From positions 160,084,001-160,148,000 of the forward strand of contig OZ024740.1 of the NCBI GenBank assembly GCA_964016885.1: a stretch of DNA of 64,000 nt, given 5' to 3'. Made by a program: the position numbers and the translations under genes. The notes under the pieces were generated by a model, which saw nothing but the letters and a program-made list of their open reading frames with translations, did no database searches and was not told the origin of the DNA. Origin of the DNA: Eledone cirrhosa. Lineage: Eukaryota. Positions 28,575 to 42,708 of this stretch are shown piece after piece; positions within the stretch are counted from its first letter, which is position 1; every line of letters begins with the position of its first letter.

Positions 28575-31500
28575 TTTTCTCTTTCTCTTAATTTCGAGTA
28601 TATTTTTTTTGACCGGTCACCTTCCTAGTGGCAAGGTTGTAAAAGAAAAGAAATTGTCATCCCTTGAATCGCAAGAATGTTTTGCAAATTTTGAAGGTGC
28701 CAGCTATCGCAGCCATTTGCAGACTATGAATTAGGGAGCTGCGCTTTTTGTCCGCAAATCCAAGTTCAGTCATAGTTTGGTCCAAGCGGGTTGGTGTATA
28801 ACCCGTAGCACCAATAATGATGGGTATGAAGCTAAAGGTGTATCTTGGATACTGGATTTGTAAACTCCTCATCAATGGTCCGTAGATGTCCTCCTTCTCC
28901 TGTATTTTTCTGACAACGTTTACATCAAGTGGGCAGCTGATCTCCACAACAGAACACGTTTTCAATGTGTGGTCCCAAACTACAATATCAGGCCGGTTGT
29001 GCTTTAATTTGGTGGCAGTTTTTATTTTCAGGTTCCACCAGTATTACTTAGTGCCATCTGTCTCAATATATTCTTCCTCGTTTGTTGTTAATTTTGTTTT
29101 CTGAAGTGCGTTCCAGATGGTTCTAGCTATCCCATCGTGTCTCATGGGAGGTAGTAGCGAGATGACATTCTTTCGCTGCTGGCAACAATGTGGCTTACAT
29201 CCTCGATCTTTGTTTTACATAGCCTACATTTATTGTCAGCTGCTGGCCCTCCTCTTTTGTGCAGCAGATATTTGGTAGGGAGTTCTTGTTCCTGTATTGC
29301 ATAGAGATATCCCTCAAGGTGTGATGTCATAAACTTGTCGGAACTCCATGCCAGGCTTTTTGAGTGGTTTATCCCCTCTATGGTCTGTGTTTTACGCCTC
29401 AAGTATCCATGCACAACTTTTTCTGTAAATTGGTCAATTTTCTTATCTTGTTTGAACATTGAATAGGATCTTCCGATTTCTCTGGGTGAGAGATTTATAT
29501 CAGGCTTTATTCCATATCTCTCCTCCAGATCAGTCGCTATTCTAATGATATTTCTTTTTTCATGCTCATAAACCTGGGCAAGATGGTTGCCAACCTTTTT
29601 CCTCTGTTGAAGGTGTTGCTTCAGTGTTACTATCCGGGTCTCATATGTTGTTAATATTGATTTTAGACCCCGGCCACCTTCCTTGCGTGAGAAGTATAGC
29701 CTATCCACATCACCATTGATGTTAAAGTTGCCAGTAACACTGAGAAGTTTTCGAGTTCTAACATCATTTTGTTAGTTAGTAGGTGATCTATGCAACCCCA
29801 CACCTCCCTCTTTCCACCAGCTTGCTCAGGTGTTATGATGTTTTTGGTAGCACAGTGATCCTGTAAGAACAGGTTAAGGCACCCAGTATATAATTTATAC
29901 ATGATGTTTTGGCAGGCAATTGGGCGGTAATTTTTAGCAAGGGTGGTTTTGCTATTTTGGGGAATGAGGAGAGTAGTGGCAGTTGATAACCATCTGGGCA
30001 GTTCTTGTGTTCCCTTAATGGTTTCTGTAAACAGCCGTATGAGATCTTGCCGATAGAAAGTGAAATTCTTCAACCAGTATCCTGTAATGAGGTCTGGGCC
30101 TGGTGATTTCCTATTCGACACTTTCTGTAGAGCTGTTTCCAGTATTGACCCATCTATGTCATATTGTTTTGTCTGGAAATGTTGGCAGTAGTCCTGTTCC
30201 GGTTCTTTTAGCCAATTAGCTTGTCTGTTGAATCCGTCATCCGTTTCGCATACAGATCTCCAGTAGCTCTCAACCTGTTCTTTTGAAGGGGTTTCGTTTA
30301 CAGGGATTGAGCTTTTACCACCGAAGCTGCGATAAACTGATTTAGGATCTCTGGCAAACAATCTATTTAGCACTTGTCGTTTATGTGCTGTTGACTTATA
30401 TTTTAGTCTTTCTGTTGTAGCTGTGAGTTGTTGTTTCAACTGGTGTAATTTGGAGTTCAAAGTTTTAAATTTTGTATCTCCAAATCGTCTCTCTAACTTT
30501 TTCTTTGGGTCTTCCTGGTGTCGTGTGAAGTTGCTCTCTATGATGCATTTCATAACGACTGCGATGTGTGAGATACTTCGTCTCAGGGACAAAATTTTGG
30601 TTTTTAAATTTCGCATCCACGCTGGTTCAGGCTTTCTGTTTGTATCTTGATTGCGTGGTTTTAGATGTGTGTTATATGATAGCAATGTGACAGCTGAAAC
30701 ATATAACAAAACATTAAGCGTTTCAAATGTCGTTTCTACACCTTTAGATCGTATAGCCTTCAGATAATTGCCAGATAATTGTCAGATAATTGTCAGATAA
30801 TTCACCGCTTCCAATTCCAATTTAGTGGGTTCTTTACTGATTCTGGTGTTGTCTGGTCTGTCACTCACATTAAGGCTGTGTATCTCTTGAAACATATCTT
30901 TCCATATCACTTGTAGGGTGTCCACAAGTTTTTGGTGCTCTGTTTGTTCAGTAGAGTCATGAATTTCAGCCTCGTTGTTGAGCGGTTGTAGTTGCGATTT
31001 GGTCGAAGGAGACTTGTACTTTTTGCCATGATGAGTTCGTCTATTCACTAATATTTCGTATTTATTTTTCAAAATAGTCGATGATCTTCTTTAAAAGTTA
31101 CGACAAAGTTCTGTCAGAATTAAATTTAAAGTTATTCACAGCTTGGGTAATATTTCTTTTCAGTTAGTTTTTAATTCTACAACTGTGTTTTAAACGTTGT
31201 TCTTGAATCGTTTGAATCGAGAACAAAACGAACCGTTACTTAGTATATTCCTTTATGAATGTAATATAATATAACAACGCGGTATTTATATGTTAAAGTT
31301 TATGTATCATTCATATAAATAGGTGTTCTACAACCTATTCACAGTTCAAACACTTATATTTTTGTTTCTGAATCGAAACGTTACTTGTATATTTCTTTAT
31401 AAATGTAATATCACAACGTTGCATTTATATGTTAAAGTGTATGTATCGTTCATATATCATAAGTGTATGTATCGTTCATATAAATAGCTGTTTTACAACA

Positions 31501-31650
31501 CACTTACAGTTCAAACACTTATGTAGAATTATTATATGTAATCTTACCGCGTAATGTAGCTCAACTTTTTCCAATATATAGTATGTTGCCTTCATGTAAG
31601 CCGTAATTACACACGTCCGATTATCGGACACTGACCACAACGGTCGCCAT
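28575..31650 (-). mobile_element. R4/Dong-like RLE-type non-LTR retrotransposon, degraded and internally deleted
   Basis: KSPGPDLITGYWLK, NYRPIACQNIMYK, RLYFSRKEGGRGL, CRLCK..IEDVSHIV, RPDIVVWD...VEISCP. Confidence 0.85.
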
Positions 31651-31772
31651 TTATGTATGTATATATATATGTATGTATATATATATGTATGTATTTATGT
31701 ATCTATATATATATATATATGTATGTATACACATATATGTATGTACATGTATGTATGTACATATATGTATGT

Positions 31773-31824
<52 letters not shown>

Positions 31825-31825
31825 G

Positions 31826-31866
<41 letters not shown>

Positions 31867-31935
31867 ATGTATGTATGTATATATATATGCATGTATATAT
31901 GTATATATATATATGTATGTATATGTATGTATGTA

Positions 31936-31971
<36 letters not shown>

Positions 31972-32207
31972 TGTATGTATATATATATATGTATGTATAT
32001 ATGTATGTATAAATATATATATATGTATGTATATATATATATATATGTATGTATAAATGTATGTATATATATATATATATGTATGTATACATATACTGTA
32101 TATGTATGTATATATGTATGTATATATGTATATATATATATGTATCTATACATATATATGCATGTATATGTATGTATGTATGTATGTATATATATATATA
32201 TGTATAC

Positions 32208-32240
<33 letters not shown>

Positions 32241-32336
32241 TATGTATACATATATATATATGTATACATATATATGTATGTATATGTATGTATGTATATA
32301 TATATATGTATGTATATATGTATATATATATGTATG

Positions 32337-32381
<45 letters not shown>

Positions 32382-32406
32382 ATATGTATGTATATATGTA
32401 TGTATG
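31651..32406. repeat. (TATG)n/(TA)n array
   Basis: Direct repeat. Confidence 0.95.
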
Positions 32407-33348
32407 TATCATCATCATCATCTCATCATCTTCGTTTAACGTCCATATTCCACGCTCGCATGGGTTTGGACGGGAGTTTTCCCACTTGAGGCAAGAGTGG
32501 TTGTCTTGCTTGCATAGGACTGTCTGGCGGGTTTTCTACGGCTGGATACCCTTCTTAACACCAACCACATTTACAGTGTGGAACTGGGAGGTTTTTACCG
32601 TGTTACCTACATGGTCACATTACAGCGTGGACTCTGTGTTTTTTTGTCGTGACACCTACACGACCTCATTTTGTTTCGGACTGGCTGTTGTGGTACCAAC
32701 ATAACTTTACATTGAAAGGGGTGGTGTGGATGGGGCGGGGGTAGTGGGACGAGGGTGTATTTTTTATAGGTGCCTACTGACTGTAGTAGGTTTCACTTTG
32801 CACTTAGGTAAGGCGGGTCTTCTCTATTACTGTGTAGCGCCAAAGATCTCGGTCCAGTGACATTGTCTTGGAGAGGTGTAAGTGTGTGAGGTTGGAATTT
32901 ATCAAGTCGTCCCAGGTTTTTCTGCGTCTGCCTACTCCGTAGCTACCGTCTATTTTTATTGCCCTGCATTTTTTTTATACAGCTGTCATCTTTCATGCGC
33001 ATCACGCGACCATACCAACGTAGTCCTCTCTCGAGTAAACAACATCTGATCCCTCTTATTTCTAATTTCTCCCTTAGTTCGTTTATGCTTTGCCGTTCAC
33101 GTATATTACTATTACACATCCAGTGGAGCATGCAAGCTTCGTTTCTCTCCAGTCTGCGTATATCCTCTGCACACAATGCCCAGGTCTCACTGCCATGTAA
33201 CATTGCTGTTCGTATGCAGGCATCATACAGCCTGCCTTTCATTTTTAGAGAGAACCCTTTAGCGGCCAATAGTGGTATAAGCTCTGTGAACTTTTTCCAT
33301 CCTGTTCTGACTCTAGCTACTGTACTTTCAGAGCACCCTCCCCCACTG
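32407..33348 (-). mobile_element. RTE LINE 3' fragment with UTR and (GAT)n tail
   Basis: Close match to 1481-2070; HGSETW motif. Confidence 0.9.
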
Positions 33349-33412
33349 TATATATATATATATATATATGTATGTATATATGTATGTATATATATATGTA
33401 TGTATGTATATA

Positions 33413-33492
<80 letters not shown>

Positions 33493-34436
33493 TACATGTT
33501 CTTTTAAATCATAGCTAAATACAGTTTATCATAAACATCTTTTGTTACTTCTAGTATTCAACAAACAAGCAGGAAAGGCCCAAGGAAATATGTACAATTA
33601 TCTACAAAAGTTTCATTCTTTCTCAAAACTGAATAGAAGTTGAAAGCTTTCAGTAATCACTGACAAACCATTAACTAGAAAGAAGCACCTCAAAATTAAA
33701 ACACGAAATGAACAAGAACAAAAAGTTTAGAGTTTTAAAAGAAATAAAAATCAATTATTATTGCTTCACAAACTTCTACATAATATTCATAAAAAAAAAA
33801 AAAACGAACAAACAAGCCAAAACAAAAATAAACAACTATTGTGTTTAGAATCTTGCACTTGTATCCTCTTCAAATGATAATGAAGATAATGATGATGATG
33901 ATAATAATAATAATAATAATAATCTCATATTTAAAACATAACCACAATAAATAAAGTTTTATTATTATTGTTGTCACTACTACTACTAATGCTGCTGCTA
34001 CTATGGCTACAACCACCACTACTAATTTTAGTGGTTATAATAACATTGCCGTTGATTCTGTTGTATTGATCAAAAATACCGTAGGATTAAAAAAAACAAC
34101 GTTATACGTAATGGTTGAAAAACAAAGGTAATCAAACTCTAATATTTTGAGCACAAAAGAGTCTTGAAGGAACGTAAAGGATATATAAAACATGGGCTGA
34201 AAGTACAAACAGTTACAAACAGATGAAGATTCTATAAGAAACACACATTCTCTCACCTGCGTGCACACATGCATACACACGTACACAAACACACATGTAC
34301 ACACACACACACACATATATATAATTAATTAGAGTATGTGTTAGTTTATCACTGTCATAAGTGTCGCATAATCGTTATCACGAAAATATATATAACAGCA
34401 ATTATCAATTTACAAATTGAATTATATCCTGTTGAC

Positions 34437-34472
<36 letters not shown>

Positions 34473-35854
34473 TATAACAAACTATACAAATTGAATTCGT
34501 GCTAGCTGTTTCGGTGGCCTTGTGGGAGCTATTAGAGATGGTGGAGATCCTGGTCTGGGATTCAATCCTAGTCAGCAGATTCATGTTGGGTGTCCTATTA
34601 ATCTTTTTCAATATTCCTTTATATACATACATATATTTATATATGTTTCTCAATATACCTCTATTTCCCCATACTTGCTTATATATTGTATATATAATAT
34701 TTATATTGCAATTTAACACCAAGATACACATCCAGTATCATGCTAGCCACACAATCATCATACACACACATCAGGAACATGGAACTTCTGATATATGAAT
34801 CTAGCAGTCAAGCTTTAAGATTCAAATCCCCCTGTGAACACAATAGAATGATGGTGAAATAAGAATTACTTGTAACACCTTAAAAGATGTATGACTACAA
34901 TAAAAGGTTTAGTAACTATAAAGTAACAACACTTCTGATAATGAGAATTAAAGGTCTAGAAATATTGACAAAATTATGGACTTAGGAACTGTGTTGGTCC
35001 AAACAAACTATAGTGGTCTTATTAGAAAATATGAGAATAAACTAATAAAGAAATTGAAACTTGTATCTAGGCTAAGTCGTCAACAATGTGTGTGCGTTTA
35101 TATATACGAGAGAGAGAGAAATTGTATTTATGGGTGTGTATGCTAGTTACTGCTAATTCAATATCAACACAATTTATTAAAAAAGTAATATGTCCTGTAG
35201 TATCATGTCAATAATTCTGTAACAACCAGCTGATATTATAATTGCTAGCATATGATTGTTGTTTAACCCTTTTGATCACAAACTGCCTGAAACTGCCCTG
35301 GTTCTACAATACAAAACTGTTTGTATTAGAGAGTTTATATTTATCTAAACACCTTCCGTTCAATTTTATGTTTCAAATGTCATCTAAACTATAATAAAGT
35401 AAGAAGCGTGGGATTGTGTACAATTTATAATTTTTTATCCCCTTAGTAAAATAAGTTGGATTACTTTGAATAAATTATGAATGAATATTACATAATTTAT
35501 CTACTAAATTTTGTGGCTGTTCATTAAATATATTTTATTATTTATTTAAAGATTCACTTCTTTAAAATTTTAAATGTCAACACTTCCAGTGGCGATCGCT
35601 TAAATAAACATACTAATTTTCTCTTAATGCAGTTTATATATAATATCGTCTTTTTTTTAATGTATCATGGATTACGTTACTGATTACATAAGAGATGTAA
35701 CACAGTCTTTGTTCAATTTCTATGTATATTGTCAATTACGATTTTATTTGATGTATCATATCTACGTGTATATATACTTGCATACAATATCAATACACTA
35801 CACAAGCTAGCAGAAAACCACCCGAGGGGTGGTTTTTCTGCTAGTCTTAATATT

Positions 35855-36026
35855 TGTTTCTACTTTTGGCACAAGGCCAGCAATTACCCAGTATATTACT
35901 GGTACTTTATTTTATCGGCCCCGTAAGGATGAAAGGCAAAGTTAACCTTGGTGGGATTTGAACTCAGAATAGCAAGGGCCGTAATAGCATGGCGTCTGAC
36001 TCTCTACCGATACTGCCAATCCTCCG
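35855..36026 (-). mobile_element. tRNA-derived SINE
   Basis: Minus B box GAGTTCAAATCCC plus conserved body. Confidence 0.8.
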
Positions 36027-36532
36027 CCTTTTTGCTAGTCTTAATAATGAAAAAGCTAGTTATATCACTAAATCCTTTCAAATTAGTGATTATCTTCAAA
36101 ACGATTTGTAAAACATAGGCAAAATGCCATTTAATAATGTAAAAGTTATTTATATTACTAAATCCCTCTAAATTATCAATTATTTTCAAAATAATTTACA
36201 AAACATAGGAAGTGTGTTTCATTAGAAATATGGTAATGAAGGTAATGAACATAAATAATCCTTTGAGTCTATTCAGTCTTTCAATTTTATTGTTTACCTC
36301 CCATAGGGACATAATATTTGAAGCAGCAATAATTCTAAACAATATGCATTGGTTTTAGGAAGAATATCCAACCCTAGAAAACTTACCAAACAACTGTTTT
36401 AGTACAATGAAAAAAATGTACCCAGTACTCTCTGAGTTGCAGGCTCCCAGTCGGAAGGGTTATTAGATCCAATTAACTAGTAACTTAGTATGTAACAACC
36501 TATGCCGACGTGAAAGAACAGACATTAAATAA

Positions 36533-36718
36533 TTGTTTCTACTTTAGGCACAAGGCCAGCAAATTACCCAGTACATTACTGGTACTTTATTTTATCGACC
36601 CTGTAAGGATGAACGGCAAAGTTAACCTCAGCGGGATTTGAACTCAGACTGTAAAGGGACGTAACTATGCTAGAAAGCATGGCGTCCAACCCTCTACCGA
36701 TACTGCCAATTCACTGCC
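36533..36718 (-). mobile_element. tRNA-derived SINE, apparently full length, with probable target-site duplication
   Basis: B box GAGTTCAAATCCC; GACATTAAATAAT on both flanks (36521 and 36722). Confidence 0.85.
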
Positions 36719-38164
36719 CTTGACATTAAATAATGATTATTGAGGTTATGTATATTCAATATTCTATATATAAACAAGTCAAATGTCCTCACCATGTGTG
36801 ATTGCCACTTGTCTTCTATTTTGAAAAGACATCTTACAGATATTATAAAGGAATCACTTTAGCTACAGGAGAGTTGTTAATTGAGAAAGATAAAACATTT
36901 TATTTGCATGTCTGTAAAACTATCTTAAGACTACTTAATGAGTATTGTATAAAAATGTATGAAAACAAAGCTCTTTCCTTAAACAGGTGAGCTATATTCA
37001 TTTACCTTTTAACCTTTACATTACCGTATTTTAATGAAATACACTGCCTATATGTTTCAATTAATTTGGAAATAACCAAAAATATGGAATAATTTAATAA
37101 AATAAGTAAGTTTTTCGTTAGTAAGCTGATATTTAACACATTATTTAACAAGAATTTTTAAAATATATTAAAAAAACCACCCATCATAATTTTTTAAGTA
37201 TAACCATATTATGATGAAAAATGTATCATAAATCGAAGGCAGATTGATATCAATAGGGTTAAAGATAATATTGATAGATATATGTACTGTAATTTAACTG
37301 AAAATGTCTAAAAACGAGTTCATTAATTCAAATCTTTATAGTATCTTTACTAGTTGGGAAATATTGCAGTATTAGAGTAAATACTTGAATTTTTAATGTG
37401 ACCATCATCGTTATCTTATGTCCACTTTCCACATTGGTCACAGACGAAGACTAGACAGGGTTTTTCTTACGTTAATCACTTTAGAGTGTGTATTATGTGC
37501 ATTTTTCATGATACCAGCACTACAATTTTACAGAGTAAACTGGGTGCATTTTATTGTGGCACCAACACTAGTACTTTATGGTAATCAGAAGGAACAATAT
37601 GAAATAGTATTTAGTGTTTTTCTAAGAACACAATGCAATGCATAGTCCAAGAATGGAACCCACAACTTTATGATCATGAATTCAACACTCTAACAATGAG
37701 ACCATGCACCTTCAAAAAAGTATATATTATTTAATAGACATCTGAATGTATGGATATGTAAATATGCATATGTACACATATATTTTGTGCTTAATTATTA
37801 AGCATAAAAACAAATAACAAACAAACACTTGAAATATATTGGGCTGTGTGGGATAAACATTGGATTATAATGGAAATATATTACCTTTCCAAAATTGCTA
37901 TATTTTCATATTATCCACTTAGAACTAACTTGTTGATACTTAGCAATGAAACAATTAGCAGTAGCTTTAAATGACATTTCCAATATTGCCACTTTTGTAC
38001 CACTTTAAAATATTTCTTAATGTTAATCGTATGTATACTTATGCATATGTGCTTACATTCATTTTGGGTTGAACTTTCTGAAGAAAAACATCTCAGTATA
38101 TTCAATTGTGTGCACCTCTCCCACACACACATACACACATTTTAGAATAGATATACCTAGAATA

Positions 38165-38330
38165 GGTGTAGACATGGTTATGCAGTTAAAAGGTTTGCTT
38201 CACAACCACATGGTTTGGGGTTCAGTCTCCCTGTGTGGCACCTTGAACAAATGTCTTTTACTATAGCTTTAGTTTTACCAATGCCTTGCAAGGTAAATCT
38301 AGTAGGCAGAAACAGTTAGGAAGCTCATCC
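38165..38330 (+). mobile_element. Degraded tRNA-derived SINE (second family)
   Basis: tRNA-like head GGTTCAGTC followed by GGCACCTTG...TACTATAGC; similar copy at ~39245-39410. Confidence 0.55.
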
Positions 38331-38679
38331 CAGTTTCCCTTCTAATTTACAAAACAAACTTTTTAAGCCCCTCTAAGCTTCTAAATCAGGTATTTTCTTT
38401 GCAGACCCCATGTCAAGCTTCTCAATTTTACCCTACAATTTGCATTACCACTTCATGAACCACCTGGTTTTCATATCCTCTTCTATCATCCACAGCTATG
38501 TCTTTATTTATCTTCCCCTTCCTTCACTTTCGTACATATTTATTTCCATCACTCCTCTCACCTTTCGACCTTTCTTACCACTTGGCCCAACTATCTAATC
38601 CAACTCTTTGCATTCTCAGTTCAAATTCCATCTAGGTGTTGATGCTTAGGGCTAGCCTCCTAACAAAAATTACAATAAT

Positions 38680-39122
38680 CCCTTTGATTCAAAACTGCCC
38701 TTGTTTCTACAATACAGAAATGTTAGTTTTAACCTATTTTTTATATCAAACTGTTTGAAACTGCCCTGGTTTTATGATACAAAACTGTTTATATTAAACT
38801 GCTTGTATTTATCTATAAACTTTTCATCATAATTTGTAAAGTTATATTCCAAATGAGAAAATTTATTTCACGAAATTTTTCCAAATTCTTAATAATTAAA
38901 AAAATTATTTGAAAACTATAGGCAGTGTTTTTTAATAAGACAAATGGTACCAAAAAGGTTAAAGTTTTTATTTAAAACATTTCTATTGTAATTTAACATA
39001 AGAACCTTTGTTAAGTTATGCGAAATCTCTGCAAATTTTTGATTATTTTCAAAATTATGTAAAAAAATAATCAACTTATAGGCAGTGTCTTTCATTAGAA
39101 GTTTGGTCACAAAAAGCTTAAC
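38680..39122. mobile_element. Degraded TTAA-ended (piggyBac-like) MITEs, apparently nested
   Basis: Inner copy TTAACCT (38729) to AAAAAGGTTAA (38962); repeated AAACTGCCCT starts and ATAGGCAGTGT ends; related pieces at ~35264 and 37009-37262. Confidence 0.4.
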
Positions 39123-39647
39123 TATTTAAGATTGTCCCGTTTTGAGGGAGAATTCATTGTTATATGTAATGTATTAATTTTCAATCCCTTGCACAATAAA
39201 CAAGACACTAAATGCATTATGAGCTTTTAAATGTTTTAATATATAGGCAGGTCATGTGGTTAAGATGACTTCGTAACCATCTGTTTTGGGTTTAGTCCAG
39301 GGCATGGCACTTTGGGCAAATGTTTACTATAGCCTCAAATTGACCAATGCCTTCTAAATACAATTTGGTAAATGAAAGTAGTGGGGGAAGTCTAAAGTCT
39401 GTCGCAAGTTTAGAGGCTCATCAGGCCGGTGCTTAGTCAAGTTTCCATCGGGTGAATTGACTAAAAGTTAAACCCCAAATACTGCTGGTGCTCATTTTCA
39501 GGTGAGTATACTGGAGCAATGCAAAGTACTGTGTTTTGCTCAAGAACACAACACACAACCCAGTCAAGGAATTGAACCCATGACATTATGATCATCAGTC
39601 TAACACCCTTATCATTTGATCATGATCCATATAATCTTCCTCCCCTC

Positions 39648-39727
<80 letters not shown>

Positions 39728-39745
39728 ATATATATATATATATAT

Positions 39746-40575
39746 AAATAAAGATTCAGCGAGAATCGCATTTCGGCGGGCAGGAAATACGAAGCGAAAC
39801 GCAAAAATCAGAAATGATACTGGCAAAGTGCTCCATAGTTAAAAACCAGAGCTAAACAATGTGTTAAGAAGCCATACAAAACTGAAAAGGGGGCCAAGAA
39901 GGCATTAACCACCCAAGCCAAAAACCAAATCAAGCTAAACAGGTCAAAACAAAATAAATGATAAAAAATAATTGATAACCAGACCTGGAGTCCCGGAATT
40001 GCTGTTAAAATCCGATGTAGAGTTTCTGTGACACCTAAATCAAAATACAGTCTGCTTAAAAATATAAGCTTTGTGTATAACGATCGAACAAGGAATATCA
40101 TGTTATCAACAGGTATTTCGCTCTGTACCAAATAAGTGAATTACACGGTGGTAAGTTAAACCACGTTTGGAAACCAGATTTTGGCAAAGTAATTCAGTTA
40201 GTGTAAATCATGCGAAAAATAGCATAAATAGCACAAATCAAATAAGTTCTCAACCGAGTAATTTTAAAATAAACTTATACAATTAGCCTGTCATTAGAAA
40301 TTATTAACAAGTTAATTGTAAGACACGGGAGATTAATACAAATAAAGATTCAGCGAGAATCGCATTTCGGCGGGCAGGAAAAGCGAAGCGAAACGCAAAA
40401 ATCAGAAATGATACTGGCAAAGTGCTCCATAGTTAAAAACCAGAGCCAAACAATGTGTTAAGAAGCCATACAAAATCGAAAAGGTGGTCAAGAAGGCATT
40501 AACCACCCAAGCCAAAAACCAAATCAAGCTAAACATGTGAAAACAAAATAAATGATAACCAGACCTGGACTCCCG
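39746..40575. repeat. 1.4-copy direct repeat, 594-bp period, non-coding, between TA arrays
   Basis: GATTCAGCGAGAATCGC at 39753 and 40347; about 235 nt duplicated. Confidence 0.9.
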
Positions 40576-40611
40576 ATATATATGTATATATATATATGTG
40601 TGTGTGTGTAT

Positions 40612-42197
40612 ATCATCATCATCATCATCATCATCATCATTTTACGTCCGCTTTTCCCTGCTTGCAAGGGTGGGACGGGTCTTATTCAGCACAGCATCTC
40701 TCCACTCGTCACCGTCCTTCGTCATCTCCACCATGAGCTTCAATGATCTGAGGTCTGTCTCACCACCTCCCCCCATGTTTTTCGTGGTCTACCTCTACCA
40801 TGTCTTCCTTCAACTGGCATTTCCTGGCACTTCTTCACCCATCGGTCATCCTCCATGCTCCTCACATGTCCATACCACCTCAGTCTCCTCTCCTGTACAC
40901 AACATTCTATCCCTCTCAGACACAGTTTCTCTCTCAACACATTTATGCTGGGTCGTTCAATGATCTGAGGTCTGTTCTCACCACCTCCGCCCATGTTTTT
41001 CGTAGTCTACCTCTACTACGTCTTCCTTCAACTGGCATTTCCTGGCACTTCTTCACCCATCGGTCATCCTCCATGCGCATCACATGTCCATACCACATCA
41101 GTCTCCTCTCCCGTACACTACATTCTATCCCTCTCAGACACAGTTTCTCTCTCAACACATTCATGCTGGGTCGTTCATGCACATTTACACTGCACATCCA
41201 ATGGAGCATGCTTGCCTCATTTCTCTCCAGCCATCACATATCCTCTGCAGTTGCTGCCCATGTCTCACTACCATGCAGCATCGCGCTCCTCACACAGGCA
41301 TCATACAACCGGCCTTTCGTACGCAGGGAGAAACCCTTCTTCGTCAGCAGAGGAAGCAGCTCCCTAAACTTCTTCCAACCTGTCCTTATTCTAGATACTA
41401 TTGCCTCGGAACACCCTCCTCCCATGCTAATCTGATCTCCTAGGTACCGGAAGCTATCCACCACTTCTATAGCGCCCTCCTGCATTTGAAAAATGTGTCT
41501 ATCAATGCGACTTCTACTGCCTAATTACATCTACTGCATACATATTTCTCCCTACCTGTTAGTTTGCCTGCTATCCCGCTACACCTCTTGTGTACCCAGG
41601 ATCTGCATTGTGTGCATTTTATAGAATTTATGCCAGTTCCTTTTCTGCATATCGAACATGGCCATTTCCCTGATGGAATCAGAGTTTTGTCCTCATTTCT
41701 ACTCATCAACACTTTTGTCTTAGCTAGGTTCACTCTGTCCTCTTGCTTCCAACTGCTGTTTCCATAGCCAGAATTTATTCTCTAGCTCCTCTACTGATTC
41801 TGCTATAAGAACCAGATCGTCAGCATAGAGAAATTCCCATGGACAGCCAGTCTTAAACTCCTCTGTTATGGCTTGGAGGACTATAATGAACAAGAGTGGG
41901 CTGAGGAACAAACCTTGATGTCCTCCTACTTGTATCTGGAATTCCTCACTAAACTCTATTCCTACCCTGACTTTACTGAGAGTACCTCTGTTCAAACTTT
42001 GCACTGTCCTCACAAGCCATTCCTCCACATCTAGCTTCCTTAGGGACCACCAGATGACAGATCGGGGTACCCTATCAAAGGCCTTCTCTAGGTCAACAAA
42101 GGCTAAGTATAGTGGCTTATTTTTCTCTAAGAACCTCTCTTGCAATTGTTTCACCAAGAAGAGGGCATCTGTTGTACTCTTCCCAGGCACAAAACCA
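40612..42197 (-). mobile_element. RTE LINE 3' half with internal 217-bp tandem duplication
   Basis: FVDLEKAFDRVPR, YADD, PHD-like finger, HGSETW; duplicate units start at 40741 and 40958; (GAT)n tail. Confidence 0.92.
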
Positions 42198-42708
42198 TAT
42201 ATATATATATGTGTGTGTGTGTCTGTGCATTTTCATATGTCTGTGTTTGTATTTATGTTTACACCACATAAGAACTGGTGCCCTTTGTTTATATCCTGTA
42301 ACTTACCAGTTCAACAAATATAGATGAATAATATAAGTACCATATACAAAAAAAAAAAAAAATGTCAAATAAAATTAAGTTCATAAATGAGAAAAAAAGG
42401 AGAGAAAGAGAATCAACCCTAGCTCTGAACTGGTACTTTATTGACCTCAACAAGATGAAAGATAATGTTAACTTCTGTGGGATTTCTACTCAGAGCACAT
42501 GGAATCAGAACAAATACTGTGGCATTTTTAATCTGACACTCTGACAACTCACTGATTCACTACATTGATTATTAACTGCTGGTGAATTAAATATAGCTAT
42601 TTATTGATTATTGTCAAGAACAGCTAAAAGATATAATTATAAGTACATATAAGCAATGTTGCAATTTTATAGATGATGATGCATCATTGTTTATAACTAA
42701 GCTAATAA

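Noticed and set aside
34490-34586. Minus-strand CTGCTGA...GAAACAGCT motif
   Set aside because: Core A6 changed, stem II does not close and no NUH adjoins stem I; at most a decayed relic
36788-36915. Candidate minus-strand host exon (AG...GTGAG)
   Set aside because: Stops in all three frames; no host coding exon could be supported in 33.5-39.6 kb
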